From Escherichia phage vB_EcoM_CUA3: 64,000 bases of DNA. Positions 63,152 to 64,000 of this stretch are shown piece by piece. The notes under the pieces were generated by a model. The model searched no databases and was not told the DNA's origin. It saw nothing but the letters and a program-made list of their open reading frames with translations. Position 1 is the first letter of the stretch. Every line of letters starts with the position of its first letter. The translations under genes were made by a program, and so were the position numbers. Location: sequence record PP410321, one strand, 5' to 3'.

Positions 63152-64000
63152 TTAGTATTTGTATTCGTTTGCGAACTGTTCAGTGACGTCTTCCAGAACT
63201 TCATAATAACATACACGCATTTTAGCATCGCCATAATCGACCGGGATACTAACAACATCACGTGGGTTAACTTTGCAAGAAACTACTTTACAGTTAGAGT
63301 TACCAAAATGACCGATATAACTACGAGAGCAAACATGCAGACCACTTGAACAAGTTACCGTGTCGTCATTATTTACACGTGAACGTGGCATTTTAACAGG
63401 TTTGCCTGGCGAGTTATCAAACGTACCGGTACGGCAGTCGGTATAATCAGAGTTAACAACTTTCCACGCGATAAAGTGACCATCTTCAGTGATTTTGATA
63501 TCGTTCGCGACCAGGAAGTCGAACAGACGTTGTACGGCTTTTTCACTTGGGTTTTCTAACAGATTCTCAAGGAACGGCAGGTAGAATTCGAAGTCTTCAC
63601 CATTTTCCATTGAGGTAATAATACGGTCAATCAACCCTGAACGCAATTCGATACCTTGATAAACCAGACGTCCGCCTTCAATACGAACGTTACCTTTAAC
63701 GAAAGCCTTAACAGCTTCTTTAATGGAAATCAGTTTAATCGCATCGTCAAAACGAGATTCTTTAAGAGCCTGTACGATGGCATCAAAGTGTTTGTTCTTA
63801 TTAGTGGTGTTCCATACTGTACGACCTTCAGTGATGGATACGAATTTAGAACTCGCGTTCCAAATAATTTCAGGACGAGAACCACCAATAGTGGCTTCAA
63901 CCGGAACTATACGAGGTTCATTAGGAACGGTTACCGTAATATTTCCAGTAATAACCACTTGAGAACGTTTAGCTTCTTCAGCATTTTTAATGACTTTACG
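63152..64000 (-). CDS. rIIB: rIIB (C-terminal ~283 aa; 5' end outside window)
   Basis: Frame open to window edge; C-terminal region CSSGLHVCS...VNPRDVVSIP...YYEVLEDVT consistent with T4 rIIB. Confidence 0.8.
   Translation of the reverse strand, partial: RKVIKNAEEAKRSQVVITGNITVTVPNEPRIVPVEATIGGSRPEIIWNASSKFVSITEGRTVWNTTNKNKHFDAIVQALKESRFDDAIKLISIKEAVKAFVKGNVRIEGGRLVYQGIELRSGLIDRIITSMENGEDFEFYLPFLENLLENPSEKAVQRLFDFLVANDIKITEDGHFIAWKVVNSDYTDCRTGTFDNSPGKPVKMPRSRVNNDDTVTCSSGLHVCSRSYIGHFGNSNCKVVSCKVNPRDVVSIPVDYGDAKMRVCYYEVLEDVTEQFANEYKY

Overview
This window is a T4-like (Tevenvirinae-type) myovirus genome segment, collinear with the phage T4 map from the end of head gene 24 to the start of rIIB. 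About 20 percent of the window is N-masked, so several genes are partial and all ORF-track entries made mostly of X are artefacts. Recognisable core genes, left to right: 24 (3' end), rnlB, hoc, inh, uvsW, uvsW.1, uvsY, baseplate genes 25-26-51-27-28-29-48-54, two tandem alt-like ADP-ribosyltransferase genes, DNA ligase 30, rIII, 31, cd, pseT, a spanin pair, alc, rnlA, denA, nrdB, nrdA, td, frd, 32, 59, 33, dsbA, rnh, tail fibre genes 34-35-(36)-37 (largely masked), holin t, asiA, motA, 52, ndd and rIIB (5' end outside the window). Structural/late genes lie on the + strand behind TATAAATA late promoters; nearly all early and middle genes lie on the - strand behind a repeated GTTTAC-17/18-TAnTAT early promoter cassette or MotA-box middle promoters. 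I did not find a clear-cut novel multi-gene system. The best candidates for new biology are the small-gene islands between conserved genes: ligase to rIII, cd to pseT, frd to 32, asiA to motA, and ndd to denB. All identifications rest on motif and synteny recognition from memory of T4 proteins; no database search was run.
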